Origin: Pseudogymnoascus verrucosus
Lineage: Eukaryota
Length of the DNA: 64,000 bases
Assembly: GCA_001662655.1 (NCBI GenBank)
Contig: KV460265.1
Direction: 5' to 3' (one strand)
Numbering within the stretch: position 1 is the first letter of the stretch; every line of letters starts with the position of its first letter. This document shows positions 1 to 13,500 of this stretch, piece after piece. The notes under the pieces are model-generated. The model did no database searches, was not told the origin of the DNA, and saw only the letters and a list, made by a program, of their open reading frames with translations. The position numbers and the translations under genes were made by a program.

Positions 1-345
1 AGCGTCCTCAACCAATCAAATAATTAGATTTTATCGGCCGTCGGACCCGTCACCGCTTATCCCCCAACCAATTACAGCCAATCATAGTCTGCCGATATCC
101 ATAATTACTGTACTTGTGCATACAAAGACTGAGGGACCAGCATTTTTTTACGCGAGACCAAGTTCCGATCTCGTCGTCCCGCCTCCATCTTCCTCTTCCA
201 ATCCTCAATCCAACACAGTCCTCCCCACCAAAACAACAACCTTCACCGCTGTCAATTCAAAAGCTCAATTATATTTACATAAGGGATATTTGAATGATAT
301 CCCCAATTTATTAGCTGCTAAGCTGTGTTTCTTCACGTTGCGTCT

Positions 346-689
346 ATGAGTGCGCGCCCGTCAGTCTTCACTTCGCAGGTATGTGTCACTCTTTTTCTTC
401 ACCGAGCGGCGTTGTCGTGGCGGATGGCGGCGCCAGTCACCGCTTCCCTGCCACGTCAATGAGGGTCGGGGATGTGGGATCTCCTTCATCTATACCGTAC
501 TCTTTAGCTGGCTCTCTCTTCTTTCTGCTCTCGTCGGAAAAGGCTTCGTGGGAACCCTGGCTAATGACTCGGTCATAGGATTACATTTCAGGTGCGCACA
601 CGAGCAAACCCCCTCCAACCGCCACATCCCGCAGCAACATCATGCTAACCCACTGGATAGATCACATCTGGAAAGCTTCAGTAAATTGA
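346..689 (+). CDS. Arginine attenuator peptide uORF (24 aa, MSARPSVFTSQDYISDHIWKASVN), exons 346-378, 579-591, 661-689
   Basis: Joining three exons at GT..AG sites (with CTAAT/CTAAC branch points) gives a peptide closely matching the Neurospora arg-2 AAP (MNGRPSVFTSQDYLSDHLWRALNA). It ends 59 nt before the CPS small-subunit ATG. Confidence 0.93.
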
Positions 690-748
690 CGAATCGTCGA
701 TCAACCATATAACACCACTTTTACAAACAACAAAACTTCCACTACGAC

Positions 749-2200
749 ATGCTTGCTCGCTTTTCCAAGCAGGCCCTGAGGGGCGCGGGAATCGCGCTCA
801 ATGGCCGCTTGGTTTCGCAGCAGGCTAGGTTCCTGGCCACTGTCGAGCCGACCGTTGGCAGGACCATGCCTGTGACCAGGCCAAGGGCCACTCCGATTGC
901 CCATGATCGGGCTACGTTCACTATCAGGGTATGTTGAAAGTGGCGGTGTGGGGAGAAGACAACAAAAAGGAATATTTTCTAACGAAGACAACAGGACGGC
1001 CCAGTCTTTCACGGCAAATCCTTCGGAGCCAAGTCCAACATCTCCGGCGAGGCCGTCTTCACGACCTCCCTCGTCGGCTACCCGGAGTCCATGACGGACC
1101 CCTCCTACCGCGGCCAGATCCTCGTCTTCACCCAACCCCTCATCGGGAACTACGGCGTCCCCTCCAACCAACGTGACGAGTACGGACTCCTCAAGTACTT
1201 CGAGTCCCCCAACATCCAGTGCGTCGGCGTCGTCGTCGCCGACTACGCCCTCCAATACAGCCACTGGACAGCCGTTGAATCCCTCTCCGCCTGGTGCGCC
1301 CGCGAAGGCGTCCCCGCCATCTCCGGCGTTGACACCCGCGCCATCGTCACCTACCTCCGCGAGCGCGGCTCCTCCCTCGCCCGCATCACCATCGGCGAGG
1401 AATACGACGCCGACCAAGACGAGGCCTTCGTGGATCCCGAGCAAATCAACCTCGTCAAGCGCGTCTCCACCAAGGCCCCCTTCCACGTCCCCTCCCCTAA
1501 GGGCGACATGCACGTCGCAGTCATCGATTGCGGAGTCAAGGAGAACATCCTCCGCTCCCTCGTCTCCCGCGGCGCATCCGTCACGGTGTTCCCCTTCGAT
1601 TTCCCAATCCACAAGGTCGCGCACCACTTCGACGGTGTTTTCATCTCGAACGGCCCCGGTGACCCAACTCACTGCGCTGATACCGTATACCACCTCCAGC
1701 GCCTTATGGAGACCTCCCAAGTCCCCGTCTTCGGCATCTGTCTCGGCCACCAGCTCCTCGCTCTCGCAGCCGGCGGACGCACAATCAAGCTCAAATACGG
1801 GAACCGCGCCCACAACATCCCCGCTTTGGACCGCACCACCGGGCAATGCCACATCACATCCCAGAACCACGGGTACGCCGTCGACACCTCTACTCTCCCG
1901 GACTACTTCAAGGAGTACTTCGTCAACCTGAACGACGGCTCCAATGAGGGGATGATCCACACCAGCCGCCCGATTTTCAGCACACAGTTCCACCCGGAAG
2001 CCAAGGGAGGACCGATGGATAGCAGCTACTTGTTTGATATGTACCTTGATAACGTCCGTCGCTACAAGGACGGGAAGAAGGTCGTTGGTGCGGTGGTGGA
2101 GGAGAGGATTAGCCCCCTCCTTGTGGATATCTTGGCGAAGGAGCGCGTGGGTGTTGAGCCGGCGCAGGAGGCTGCTGCTGCTGCGGCGGCGGCGGCTTAG
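749..2200 (+). CDS. arg-2: Carbamoyl-phosphate synthase, arginine-specific, small (glutaminase) subunit; exons 749-928 and 995-2200
   Basis: Mitochondrial-type presequence; [24 protein letters not shown] (catalytic Cys), SQNHG and QFHPE motifs; intron 929-994 GTATGT..CAG restores the frame. Confidence 0.96.
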
Positions 2201-2775
2201 AGAGTGGGATGGGATTGAGATGGTTAGGGTGGGGGGATAGGAGTATTACGTTGCTTTTTGCTGTGCTTGATTGATTGAGTGCTTTTGGGACGCGTTTGGG
2301 GGGATTGAAGATCAATTACCGCAATTTACGCTTTTTTTTTGAACTTGACTTGACTTTGCCTATTTTTGATCCTGTGAAGTGAAGTGAAATGCTCCCTCGC
2401 CCCGTCTGGAATTGTAGAATCTTTCCCCGCAACTCGATTTTTGCTGGCTGTGTGTGTTGTTGTGTTCCTTGCCCAGGTTGCACAGGTCTAATACAGACAT
2501 ACAGACACATCACACCACAACACAACACTCAAGCCCCCCAAAGTACGTAAGTAAACATAAAAAACCCATCCATTCTATCCCTACACTACTATAATAATAT
2601 ACCTCTCCCCCGTTTCCCAATCTCGTGATTACACCGACCCTCCCATCGGTCCCCCTTCTATCCATCTTATCCACACACACGGAAAACCGAATCCACCAGA
2701 CAGTCTAGATCTTATATCTTATATATACACCCCCCACACGCCACACCCCACACAGACCCCGATACGGCAGTAGAC

Positions 2776-5700
2776 TTAAAAAGTCGACACCGCAATCGCA
2801 ACAGCCTGACTAGCCGAATGCGAGATCGACACACTCACCTCCCTAACACCCGCCTGCTTAGCTGCCGCAGCTGCATCACCATGTAACTATTTCGCCATTA
2901 GCACCCCATCAACCATCTTAAAGCACGGAATTACTCACATGAACAACCAAAACCCCCCCTTCCCCCGCCAAAACCTCAATACTCTTCAACTCCGCCCCCC
3001 CTCCGCGGCTGGGGACCCCCAAACTCTTAAACACCGCCTCCTTCGCTGACCACCTCCCCGCGAAACTAGCCTGCGGATCAGCGGCAGCACGACAGTAGCG
3101 CGCCTCTTCAGCGGTGAAATTGCGTTCCACGAAGGTCGCGTTATCGATGTTGATAGCTGATACATCCTCGACGTCGACACCGACTTTAGTGCCAGCGGCA
3201 GCTGTGCTCTTAGCGAGTTTCTCGACAACGGCCTTAGTTGCTTCTTTGCTCGACCCGGTGGAGGTGGGCTTGGCGGCGGCCCTTGCGGCGCGGGAGGCTG
3301 CTACGGCTTCCGCGGCGAAGTTGGGGGAGTAAGTCAAACCAGCTGTCTTCTTATCCACCGACACGCGAGCGTTGGGGTTGAGGAAGACATCAGGCATCTG
3401 CTCATCCGTGTACGGTGCGTGCGTCTTAGCGACGAAGATGGAGTTGTTGATAAGTCCGTTGTGGAAGTACCTATACGCCTTCTTCTGTCTCGCCTCGAGC
3501 TTGCCGCGGTACGCAGCGAAGGTCTCCTCGTCGAGGGTGGCGAAGAGGTATTTAGGATGGATACCAATAGCCTGCGCGCCCTTCTGTCCGAACCCGAAGG
3601 ATGTCACGGAGAAAGCCTTGATGCCGTCGGTTTGGATGCTCTTGGATGGGTAGACGATGAAGTCGAATTGCTCCATGACCTGATCGATGTTATCCGCATT
3701 GCGGTTACCGGGGACAAGACCGGTGTTCAGGACTTGAAGAGCACCGTTCATCATCCAGCCACCAGCAGCGCCCTTGGGGTGACCAGTAAGGAACTTCTGG
3801 AAGATACCGAGGAGGGCATTACCCTTCTTGCGGCCGAGATGCTCGAGCTGCTGGCAGATAGTCTTGGACTCGTTCTTGTCGTTCGCGACAGTCGAGGTTC
3901 CGTGGAAGGAGGCGACGTCGAGATCATCGATGGTGAGACCCCAAGTGGCGAGGGCACCGCGGATAGGTGCGATAGTAGGGTCCTTCTTCCAGAAGCTGTT
4001 ACCGAGCTGGTCGAGGACGTCGCGGACTTGGCGGGCAGCTTCGCGCTCGATGTGCTCAGTGCGCTCGCTTGTGTAGACGACCTCGTCGAATTCGCCGGTG
4101 GCCTGCGCCTTCATGGCCGCGACCTCCTCGTGGAGGTACTCGAGCTCGGACTCCTGCCATTGCACGATCTGCTTCTTGCGGAGCTCGATCTGGCGTCTAC
4201 GGTACTTGATATCGAGGAGCGGGGATGGGAAGGCGCCGGCGGTCTCGCGGGCGGTGGTGAGGACACCTTGGCCTGGAGCGGGAATGGAGCGACCGATCTT
4301 GTCGGTGGCGGTGGCGGTCATGCCGAGGATACCGTAGATGGGGACGCCCATCTCGAGGGCCAGCTTGGCGGTCATGATGAGCTGCATACCGGCACCCTGG
4401 GACTCCATGAAGCCGTTTCGGGTGGTGGTTGCGGGGCGGGACATCTCGGCGGGGGTGCGGCCGTGGGCGAGCTCGTCGACGCCGTTGCTGGTCGCCTTCA
4501 TGTTGGCGAACTCGTAGGAGCCTTCCTCGGTGAAGTCGTCGAAGCCACCGACGAAGCAGACGCGGGCCTTGCCTTCGATGATGGTCTCGTAACCGATGTC
4601 GAGAGACTCGACGGCGGTGGCGCAGGCTCCGGATGGGGTCTTGATTGGTCCGGTGGACGAGAGGATCAACATGTTAACCCAGGCGCTCATGGTGTTGATG
4701 AAAGACTCCTGGAGAATATCCTTCTGGATCGGCAGGTCCAAGTAGCGATCCTTATACATGCCTCTGAGAGCAGTCGCACCACCAATACCGGAACCGATAC
4801 AGTTACCGACCTCGGAGATATGGACGTACTTGTAGAACTCGTATGGGTCGGTGATACCGGACGCGAGGAGAGACTCGACCGTGCAAACAAGAACCCAAAG
4901 AGTAACTGGGTTAACCTGTGCGACGATATCATCTGGGATACCGTACTTGGTAGCGTCCCAGCCAAGTGGGATCTGACCAGCAACGATGCGGTCGAAGCGG
5001 AGAGCCTTAGGAACCAACAGGCTGGCGCCCTTCTTTAGGCGGACAGTGTACTCGCCAGACTCCTTGATCTCGAAGATCTCAACCTTGTCCTCATGCTTGA
5101 GCTTGAACTCATTCGCATTCTCCTTGGAAGTCTCAAATGGCTCAAGATCCTCCTCAATGACAACCTCCTGGAGGAGCTCCTTCTTGTTGGGGTCGTACCC
5201 GTCGAACATCTCTGGCTCGATGAGACGGATACCAGCGTGCTCAAGGATGTGCGCCTCGTACTTTGGCTTGACATCCTTATCATCAACTGGCTCGCCAGTC
5301 TTGGCATCAACCCATCCGGCGTACTGCTTGCCCTTGATCATGCCGTTGTGGTTCTTGATCAGACCCATAATCCAGGCCATCTCAATGCAACCCTCGAGGG
5401 AGAACTGGCCGTAAGCCTCCATCTCCCAGCGAGTCCTCGAGTTACCCCAAGGACCAACCTCAGCGAAACCAGTGACAACGACAACCTTCTCGAGGTCGAC
5501 CATGCCCTTAAGGTTCTCGTTGAGAGGCTTGATATCCTTCTCCCAGTCTGGGAGGTTGGGGAAATCGAACTTGATGTTGGCGCGGGGCTCAATGGTGACC
5601 TTCTGGTAGAGGGCCTCGCTCTGCTCACCGTTGACGATCTTGTTCTCAAGAGCAGTCTCCTTGGTGACAGCACGGCGAACCTCGCTGGTATCCATGATAT

Positions 5701-8490
5701 CCTTGCGGAGGTTGGTCATGACGTCCTTGAGACGTGGGATGAACTGGAGTCCACCGTTAAGATCGGCGAAGACAGGCTCAGACTGGCAAAGGTCGACCAT
5801 AGGAGGAGTCAAGAGACCCAACAGGTTGAAGGCCATCTCAGTCTGGGAGAAAGTGCGGACACCGTAAGCCTCAACGCCCTCAGCAGTGATGTTGTTAGCA
5901 CCCATAAGGCCAGTGCCACGGGTCCATCCGATGACTGCACCGCAGATGGTGAGGAAGTTACCCCAGTTCTCGGAGTGCCAGCGGTTGAACAGGGTCTCGA
6001 GACCAAGCTTGGACTCAGAGTACAGACCATCGTTACCGAAGGTACCGTGGTTGGGCGACAAAGGCAGGATAACCTGTGCCGGGCGAGTCTCGTATCCGCG
6101 GTCGGCCTTCTCCTTCTTGACGGCACCAAGGAGACGGAGCACGTTGGTAAGCATGATACGGTGAGCAAGCTCGGACTTAGAGTCGATGCTGTCGATCTCA
6201 CGTCCGTTCTCTGGGATAGCGGCGAAGGGAATGACGAAGTCAAGATCCCATCCAAGACCATCCTTGGGGTTGTAGATGTAGTCAACCAGAGCGTCAACAT
6301 CCTGCTTGCTTCCCTGGTTGAAGGGAACAACGATGAGCTGGGAGCCCCTGGATCCGTAGCGAGCGTACATGGCCTGGTAGTACTCGGTAACCTCACGGGA
6401 GAAGCGGCTGGTCGTCACAACGACCTTACCACCACCGCTGATGAAGCCCTGGAGGACCTCAGCACCAATGGAGCCAGCACCCGCACCAGTCATAAGCGCA
6501 TTCTTTCCTTGGAATGAGAGACCGTTCTTTGCGGCATCCTCGAGGCCATTGATGTAAAGACCGGTAAGCTTCTTGCTGTACTCCCATCCATGCTCATCCT
6601 TTCTCTTCAAGTGCAAGAATGGGATGGTCTCGACCTTTCCTTGCTTAACGGCAGGCTTCTTGATGCCGCTGGCAGTGCCCTTGGTCTCCTTAGGCATGAT
6701 TTGACCCTCGCTCATGGCCAGCGAACGGATGACATCGCTGTACAAAGTCTTGATCTGAAGTTGAGACTCCTTAGACATCTTGTTCTGCTGCTTGATGAGC
6801 CTGTAGATCTTACCAAGATCGTGCTGGACCTTGGTTCGGTTTCCGTACTCGGAGATCTTTCCTCCATCAGCCATGTCCTTGACGTAGTGCTCCAGCTTGC
6901 GCACGCTCGTTCTTGGGATCTCGCTGTATTCGAGATTGCCACGGGCGTCCACGGTAGTGTGGGGACCGGTGGGGACGGAGACGTCCTTGTACATAGGCGG
7001 CGTGTTGAGAACATCCTTGCAGTTCTCAATAAGCTGCTGGCCGAGCTCCTTTGCGAGCTGGTAGGTCTCTCCACGTTCTGCTGGGCAGTGATCAATGTGA
7101 TACTGCATGAAGTCGATGAGAGTTGGGTTCGCACGGTTCATGATTCTGATACACTGGCTAACAATCTCACGATCGACAGCCTTCAGGCGGCCGAAAATGA
7201 TATCGTAGAACATGAGAAGCGCATCTTGACGAGCCCAATTCCACGATGAATCGTAGACTCTAGCCTTCAGCGATGTGAAGACGGGCTCAATACCAGCCGC
7301 GTATGCCTCTCCGTGCTCCACATTCCACAAGTCGAGCTGCGACTGCAGAGCAGCCTCCGACTTCTGAGCGCTAACAAACGACTTGTCGCCCGCCCGTAAA
7401 TCGATCTTCAGGTACCTCGCGTACAGCTCAAGTTGTTGCTTGAACAGCGCGCGCTGGTCCTTGGTGAGTGCGTCAATCGCAGCTGGGTCCATCATCATTC
7501 CGCCGCCACCACCACCGCCCGCAGCAGCGACAGGTGCGGAAAGGCTGATCCCAGCATTTGTCGCATATTTATTTGATACCTCGTCGAGGAACGCTTTCGC
7601 GTCGGCCTCGGCCCCGAGACGTGCCGGGGGCTCCATAGTAAGCGCCAGCAGGAGGACACCGTCCTGGCGCCCAGGACCGAGACCCCACCTCGTCTCGAGG
7701 TATTTCCTCGCGGATGTGATATTGAAGCCACCAGGCATCTTCGAGGAGATTAACCTGGCGATAAGAGATAATGATTGTTTTCCAAGTTGGCCGTTGAATG
7801 TAGCCTGCATGGATGCTCCAAGTTCGTCCAAGGGGATATCTTCCGGCTTCTCGGGAGTCGAGCCAAACTCCTTGCCCAAGTCACCTAATATTTCGTTTTG
7901 GAGAGTCGATTTGCCTATTGATAAATTGTTAGCCGCTGTAACATTGCCTCAGAAATAAATGAACTGTGCATACCTCCAACAAGATCCTTGATAGCCTTGC
8001 TCAACGGAACCTCAGTAAACGGCTTCTTCAGCTTCTGTGCGATAAGAGACCTGACAATCTCCAGGGCGCCAACTGGGGCATCTGGTACTTGTGCCGCTGG
8101 TCCTGCGCTTGCAGCAGGTGCAGCAAACGCGGCAGGGGCGGCGCCAGCAGCAGGGGCCGCAGCAGCCGGAGCATCGCTCGATGCAGCTGCCTCTGGCTCC
8201 TCCTCCACAGGGTCAACATCGTAGTAGATCTCCTTCGCGTCCTTGTTATAGCAGAGAATCTGTCTCTGCACAGACTTCGCAGCATCGTGAGCCTGGTACT
8301 TGGATGCGAGCGTCCTCTTCGCCATCACACCTAGGGTATCTGCGGGACCGATCTCGACAATCCTCTCGGTCAACTTGTCGGCGAGAATGACATCTTGCGT
8401 CTCGATCCAGCGCACGGGCGACGCGAATTGGTAGGCCAGCAGTTCAACGAGGAGCGTGTGGGCGAGCTCCTGCTCGATTTCGGGACGCAT
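2776..8490 (-). CDS. FAS2: Fatty acid synthase subunit alpha (ACP-KR-KS-PPT); exons 8490-7974, 7914-2939, 2886-2776
   Basis: N-terminus [40 protein letters not shown] across intron 1; KS GACATA; PPT motifs VGVDVE and [11 protein letters not shown]; last exon ends [20 protein letters not shown]. Confidence 0.97.
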
Positions 8491-10541
8491 GGCGGGTGGG
8501 TATTTAACGTCCGAAGACTATTATGGTGAAGTAGGGTGGTGGTAATCGGGGTCGAGGTTTGATTGTTGGATAGGTCGTGAATGTAAGATCCACGGCGTAG
8601 GTTTGTATTTGTAGTGGTGGTTCGAGTTTCGTAAATTGCAGGAACTGTACGAATAGCTTGTTTGTGTGAAGAATGGGTATGATTACAACCAACGTAAGGG
8701 GGGGAATTTGAAGCTTCGACGGGGGACAAGAAGGGTACCGCAAGAAATAGAGAAGTGATTGATGATGATTATAGATTGATAGTTTGTGAATTGGGGAACC
8801 CGACGAAGGAGAATAAGGAGCTTCGGGGGAGCGGAAGAGAGGATAGAAAGGTTGATTTCCAATGGAAGTTGAGGGGGGGGGAGAGAGGAGGTCGTCGTTG
8901 GGAATCGTCGATGCACAACACGGAACATTGCAGGCAAGCTTCTCACAAAAAAGTTGGGTCTGCGGTCTCAACACAGATTCTGCGCTAATCCTGATTTGGG
9001 AAGTGTGTGGATGTGTGGATGGTGGATGATGGAGGGATTAGTGCGGAATAGTGTGGAAGTGGTCCGTGCATTGTGCATTCGAGTGGTAGAGAAGTGTAGC
9101 CTGGGAAGATTTGGGGAAATTTTGGAGGTGGCAGGGATGGGAGAGGTCATGCACAAGTCACTGTTAGAGTGGTGGCTTACCGGGTTGTGGTGCATAACTC
9201 TGTTAACAGTACATGAGTAGTACCCGCTTCTCCTATAACTTATGTCGGTAAAGTCATGCCGATGTCACTTTAGAGACGGCTGCTACTGCATGCGGGTGCA
9301 TCTCTAAGCTAAAAATACAAATATGGTACCGATCACTCCTTTCTTCTTCCCCCCTAACCCTCCCTAACGTACTTTTTAGTGGCCGCCATGTTATCGGTTG
9401 GCTTGTCTGCTATTGGATGATTTACTGGGCCTCCACTCCTATCCGTACGCCGTATACTGTTGTGTTTTTGTCGTATCACTTTATGAACGGTATGGATCAA
9501 AATACGGAGCACACAGGGACAAAAGGGTTGAGCACGAGAATGTATCGGATTAGTGAACTGGATGATGTTGATGCTGGTTATATTCGTGCAGGCATAGTTG
9601 ATCAGTTGCTGATGATTAGTAAATGCCTGCGACGCGTATACTAGATAGTATATTAGTATTTAGCATAATATAGTACTGTATTCTCAACTGGATGCCTAAT
9701 GCCCAACATAAAATTGTCTAGACACTGTGGTGGGTGGACATAAGTCAAGCCAACTCCGATTACTTATCACCACGTGACTACACCCGTCGATAACGTCAAA
9801 ATTGTTGTGACGCTAACGTCGATCCAGCTAGATCCAGCTAGCCTCCTCAAATTCGAGTCCCCTCATTGGCCCGTATCGACGGCTTCACCCCCCTGCTCCT
9901 CAGTACGTACCATCCTCGCCGCGGCAACCAGGCCTGCACCTGCATTTGCGTTGGATCCCCATCGGAACGCTAGTCTACCGCCGTAGTACGCCGTAGTCAA
10001 CTTTTGGCGAGGCCTTGTTGAGCTCCTCCCTCCCCTACCACCCAAAACAATTTGTATGTACCTCCTCACATTTCTGCCGATACCAGACAAGGGCCAATTC
10101 TTAGGAATCAATTATTCCCCCCCCCCATCCATTGTCTCTACTTCCTCACTTCTTCTACACACAACTCTACTATCCCGCATCTCAGAGCTCATATACCTTC
10201 TTCTACTCCGCGCATTCTACGTCTTGCTGCTGTTTGAAGCCAGTTTACCATTTACCCTATTCTCTTTTAATACAGATTCCCGCAATCCACCCTTAATTAT
10301 CGACTCCGAGCTCAACCACAACTACTCTTCCGCGATAAGAAGACATTCCTGCTCTTAACTGAGTATCTGGAATCTCGAGAACCAGGTGCGTTTGATCACT
10401 TCTTTGTAGGAGGTGGAGAGACGTGAATTGTGTTTGATGAGGCTATCTTTACTTCAGCCTCTCTATGCTCACAGGATCAATTGAATTTATCTAACCTGCC
10501 TCCCACTACAGACTTCCTACCGCAACCTCCTCTATACCAAC
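8491..10541. promoter_or_regulatory. Divergent promoter region shared by FAS alpha and FAS beta; probable 5'-UTR intron of FAS beta at 10386-10511
   Basis: Head-to-head gene arrangement; GTGCGT..CTAAC..TACAG just upstream of the 10542 ATG; ATCACCACGTGAC at 9766-9778. Confidence 0.6.
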
Positions 10542-13500
10542 ATGCTGGGAACGTCCACAGGACCCCAGACTGGCGTTTCGACGCCACGATCGTCATCCTC
10601 TCTCCGACCCCTCACCCTCACACATGGATCCCTCGAGCACTCCTTCCTAATCCCTACAAACCTCCACTTCCACGCCTCCCAGATCAAGGACCAGTTCCTT
10701 GCCTCTCTCCCGGAGCCAACAGACGAACTCGCACAGGATGACGAGCCTTCCTCGGCAGCAGAGCTCGTGGCGCGATACCTGAGCTTCATCGCGGCAGAGG
10801 TCGAGTCCGGAGAGGACGATGCGCAGGGATCATACGAAGAGGTCCTCAAGCTCGTTCTCAACGAGTTCGAGCGCGCCTTCCTGCGCGGCAACGATGTCCA
10901 CGCCTTGAGCGGCGGCATTCCCGGCATTGACCAGAAGAAGCTGGAGACCGTGCGGGGATACTATGCCGCGCGCGCCGCGAGCAACAGGCCCATCAGATCC
11001 CACCAGTCTGCGCTCCTGAGAGCCGCAGGCGAGGGCACTGCCAAGATCTACTCTGTCTTCGGTGGACAGGGAAACATTGAGGAGTACTTCGACGAGCTCA
11101 GGGAACTTTACAACACCTACCAGTCTTTCATTGGCGAGCTCATCACTTCGTCGGCTGAGCTGCTCCTGACTCTCTCGCGCGACCCCAAGGCTGAGAAGCT
11201 GTACATCAAGGGACTGGATATCATGACCTGGCTGCGCCACCCAGAGTCGACCCCAGATGTCGACTACCTCGTTTCTGCGCCAGTCAGCTTCCCACTGATT
11301 GGTCTCGTCCAGCTTGCACACTACAGTGTTGCTTGCAAGACCCTTGGTCTCACCCCAGGCGCATTCCGCGAGAGGCTCAGCGGAACCACCGGACACTCTC
11401 AGGGTGTTGTCCTTGCTGCTGCTACTTCGGCAGCCGACAGCTGGGAGTCGTTTGATAAGATTGCCACCCAGTCTCTTACCATCCTTTTCTGGATCGGCTC
11501 TCGCAGCCAGCAGACCTACCCGACAACTTCCCTTGCACCTAATGTGCTGCAAGATTCCGAGGAGAATGGCGAGGGCATGCCCACACCCATGTTGAGCATC
11601 CGTGATCTTTCAAGAGACCAGATCCAGGAGCACATCGATGCTACCAACCAGTACCTTCCCGAGGACCGCCACATCTCGATCTCGCTGGTCAACAGCGCTC
11701 GCAACCTTGTCGTAACGGGACCTCCTCTCTCGCTCTACGGTCTTAATCTTCAACTCCGTAAGGTCAAGGCACCAACTGGGTTAGATCAGACCAGAATCCC
11801 CTTCACTGAGCGCAAGGTCAGATTCGTGAACCGCTTCTTGCCAATTACCGCCCCATTCCACAGCAAGTACCTCTCTAGCGCGACAAGCAACATCGACGAG
11901 GACTTGAAGGACGTTGTCATCTCCAGCAAGGATCTTGGTATCCCCGTTTTCGACACCAACACTGGTAAGGACCTGAGGGAGCAGGTCGAAGGCAACATCG
12001 TGCCAACGCTTGTGCGCCTGATTACCCAGGAGCCAGTCAACTGGGAGAAGGCTACTGTCTTCCCCCAAGCCACCCACGTCCTTGACTTTGGTCCAGGTGG
12101 TATCTCCGGTCTTGGTGTCTTGACCAGCCGTAACAAGGATGGAACTGGTGTCCGCGTCATTCTCGCTGGCACTATTGCCGGTACCGTGCCGGAAGTTGGT
12201 TACAAGCCAGAGCTCTTCGATCGTGATGAGGAGCACGCCGTGAAGTACGCCGTCGACTGGCTCAAAGAGCACGGTCCTCGTCTTATCAAGACAACCAGCG
12301 GCCAGACCTACGTCGACACAAAGATGAGCAGACTTCTAGGAGTCCCTCCCGTTATGGTGGCTGGTATGACCCCCTGCACAGTTCCTTGGGACTTTGTTGC
12401 CGCAACTATGAATGCCGGTTACCAGGTTGAGCTTGCTGGTGGTGGATACTACAACGCCGCGACCATGACCGAAGCCCTGACCAAGATCGAGAATGCTATC
12501 CCCGCAGGCCGTGGAATCACAGTCAACCTCATCTACGTCAACCCCCGCGCTATGCAGTGGCAGATCCCTCTCCTTGGTCAACTCCGCGCACAGGGAGTTC
12601 CTATCGAGGGTCTCACCATCGGTGCCGGTGTGCCATCCATCGAGGTCGCACAGGAGTACATCGAGACTCTTGGTCTGAAGCACATCTCGTTCAAGCCAGG
12701 ATCCATCGATGGTATCCAGTCCGTCATAAACATCGCCAAGGCCAACCCCACTTTCCCTGTCATGATGCAGTGGACTGGCGGACGCGGTGGCGGTCATCAC
12801 TCCTTCGAGGATTTCCATCAGCCAATCCTGCAAATGTACGGCAGAATCCGCAGATGCGAGAACCTCATTCTCGTTGCTGGCAGCGGCTTCGGTGGTGCTG
12901 AGGATACCTACCCTTACATCACCGGTACCTGGTCTTCCAACTTTGGTTACCCACCCATGCCCTTCGACGGATGCCTTTTCGGCAGCCGTGTGATGACCTC
13001 CAAGGAGGCTCACACCAGTCTTAACGCCAAGAAGGCCATCACTGAGGCAGAGGGCGTAGAGGACAGCCACTGGGAGAAGACCTACAAGGGTCCCGCTGGA
13101 GGTGTCATCACCGTCCGCTCGGAGATGGGCGAGCCGATCCACAAGCTCGCTACCCGCGGTGTCAAGTTCTGGGCCGAGATGGACCAGAAGATCTTCAGCC
13201 TGCCCAAGGAGAAGCGCGTGCCAGAGCTGAAGAAGAACCGTGCCTACATCATCAAGAAGCTCAACGACGACTTCCAGAAGGTCTGGTTCGGTCGCAACAA
13301 GGCTGGCGAGACTGTCGATCTCGAGGATATGACTTATGGTGAGGTTGTTCGTCGTTTGGTCGATCTGCTTTACGTTAAGCACGAGGCGCGCTGGATTGAT
13401 AAATCTTACACTAAGCTTACGGGAGATTTCATCTACCGTGTTGAGGAGCGCTTTACCAAGGGCAAGGGTAACCCCTCGCTGCTCCAGAGCTACGCTGAGC

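Noticed and set aside
701..1993. 430-aa minus-strand ORF over arg-2
   Set aside because: Antisense shadow of a GC3-rich gene.
3419..6517. Long plus-strand ORFs (539 and 474 aa) opposite FAS2
   Set aside because: Antisense shadows produced by strong codon bias; no motifs.
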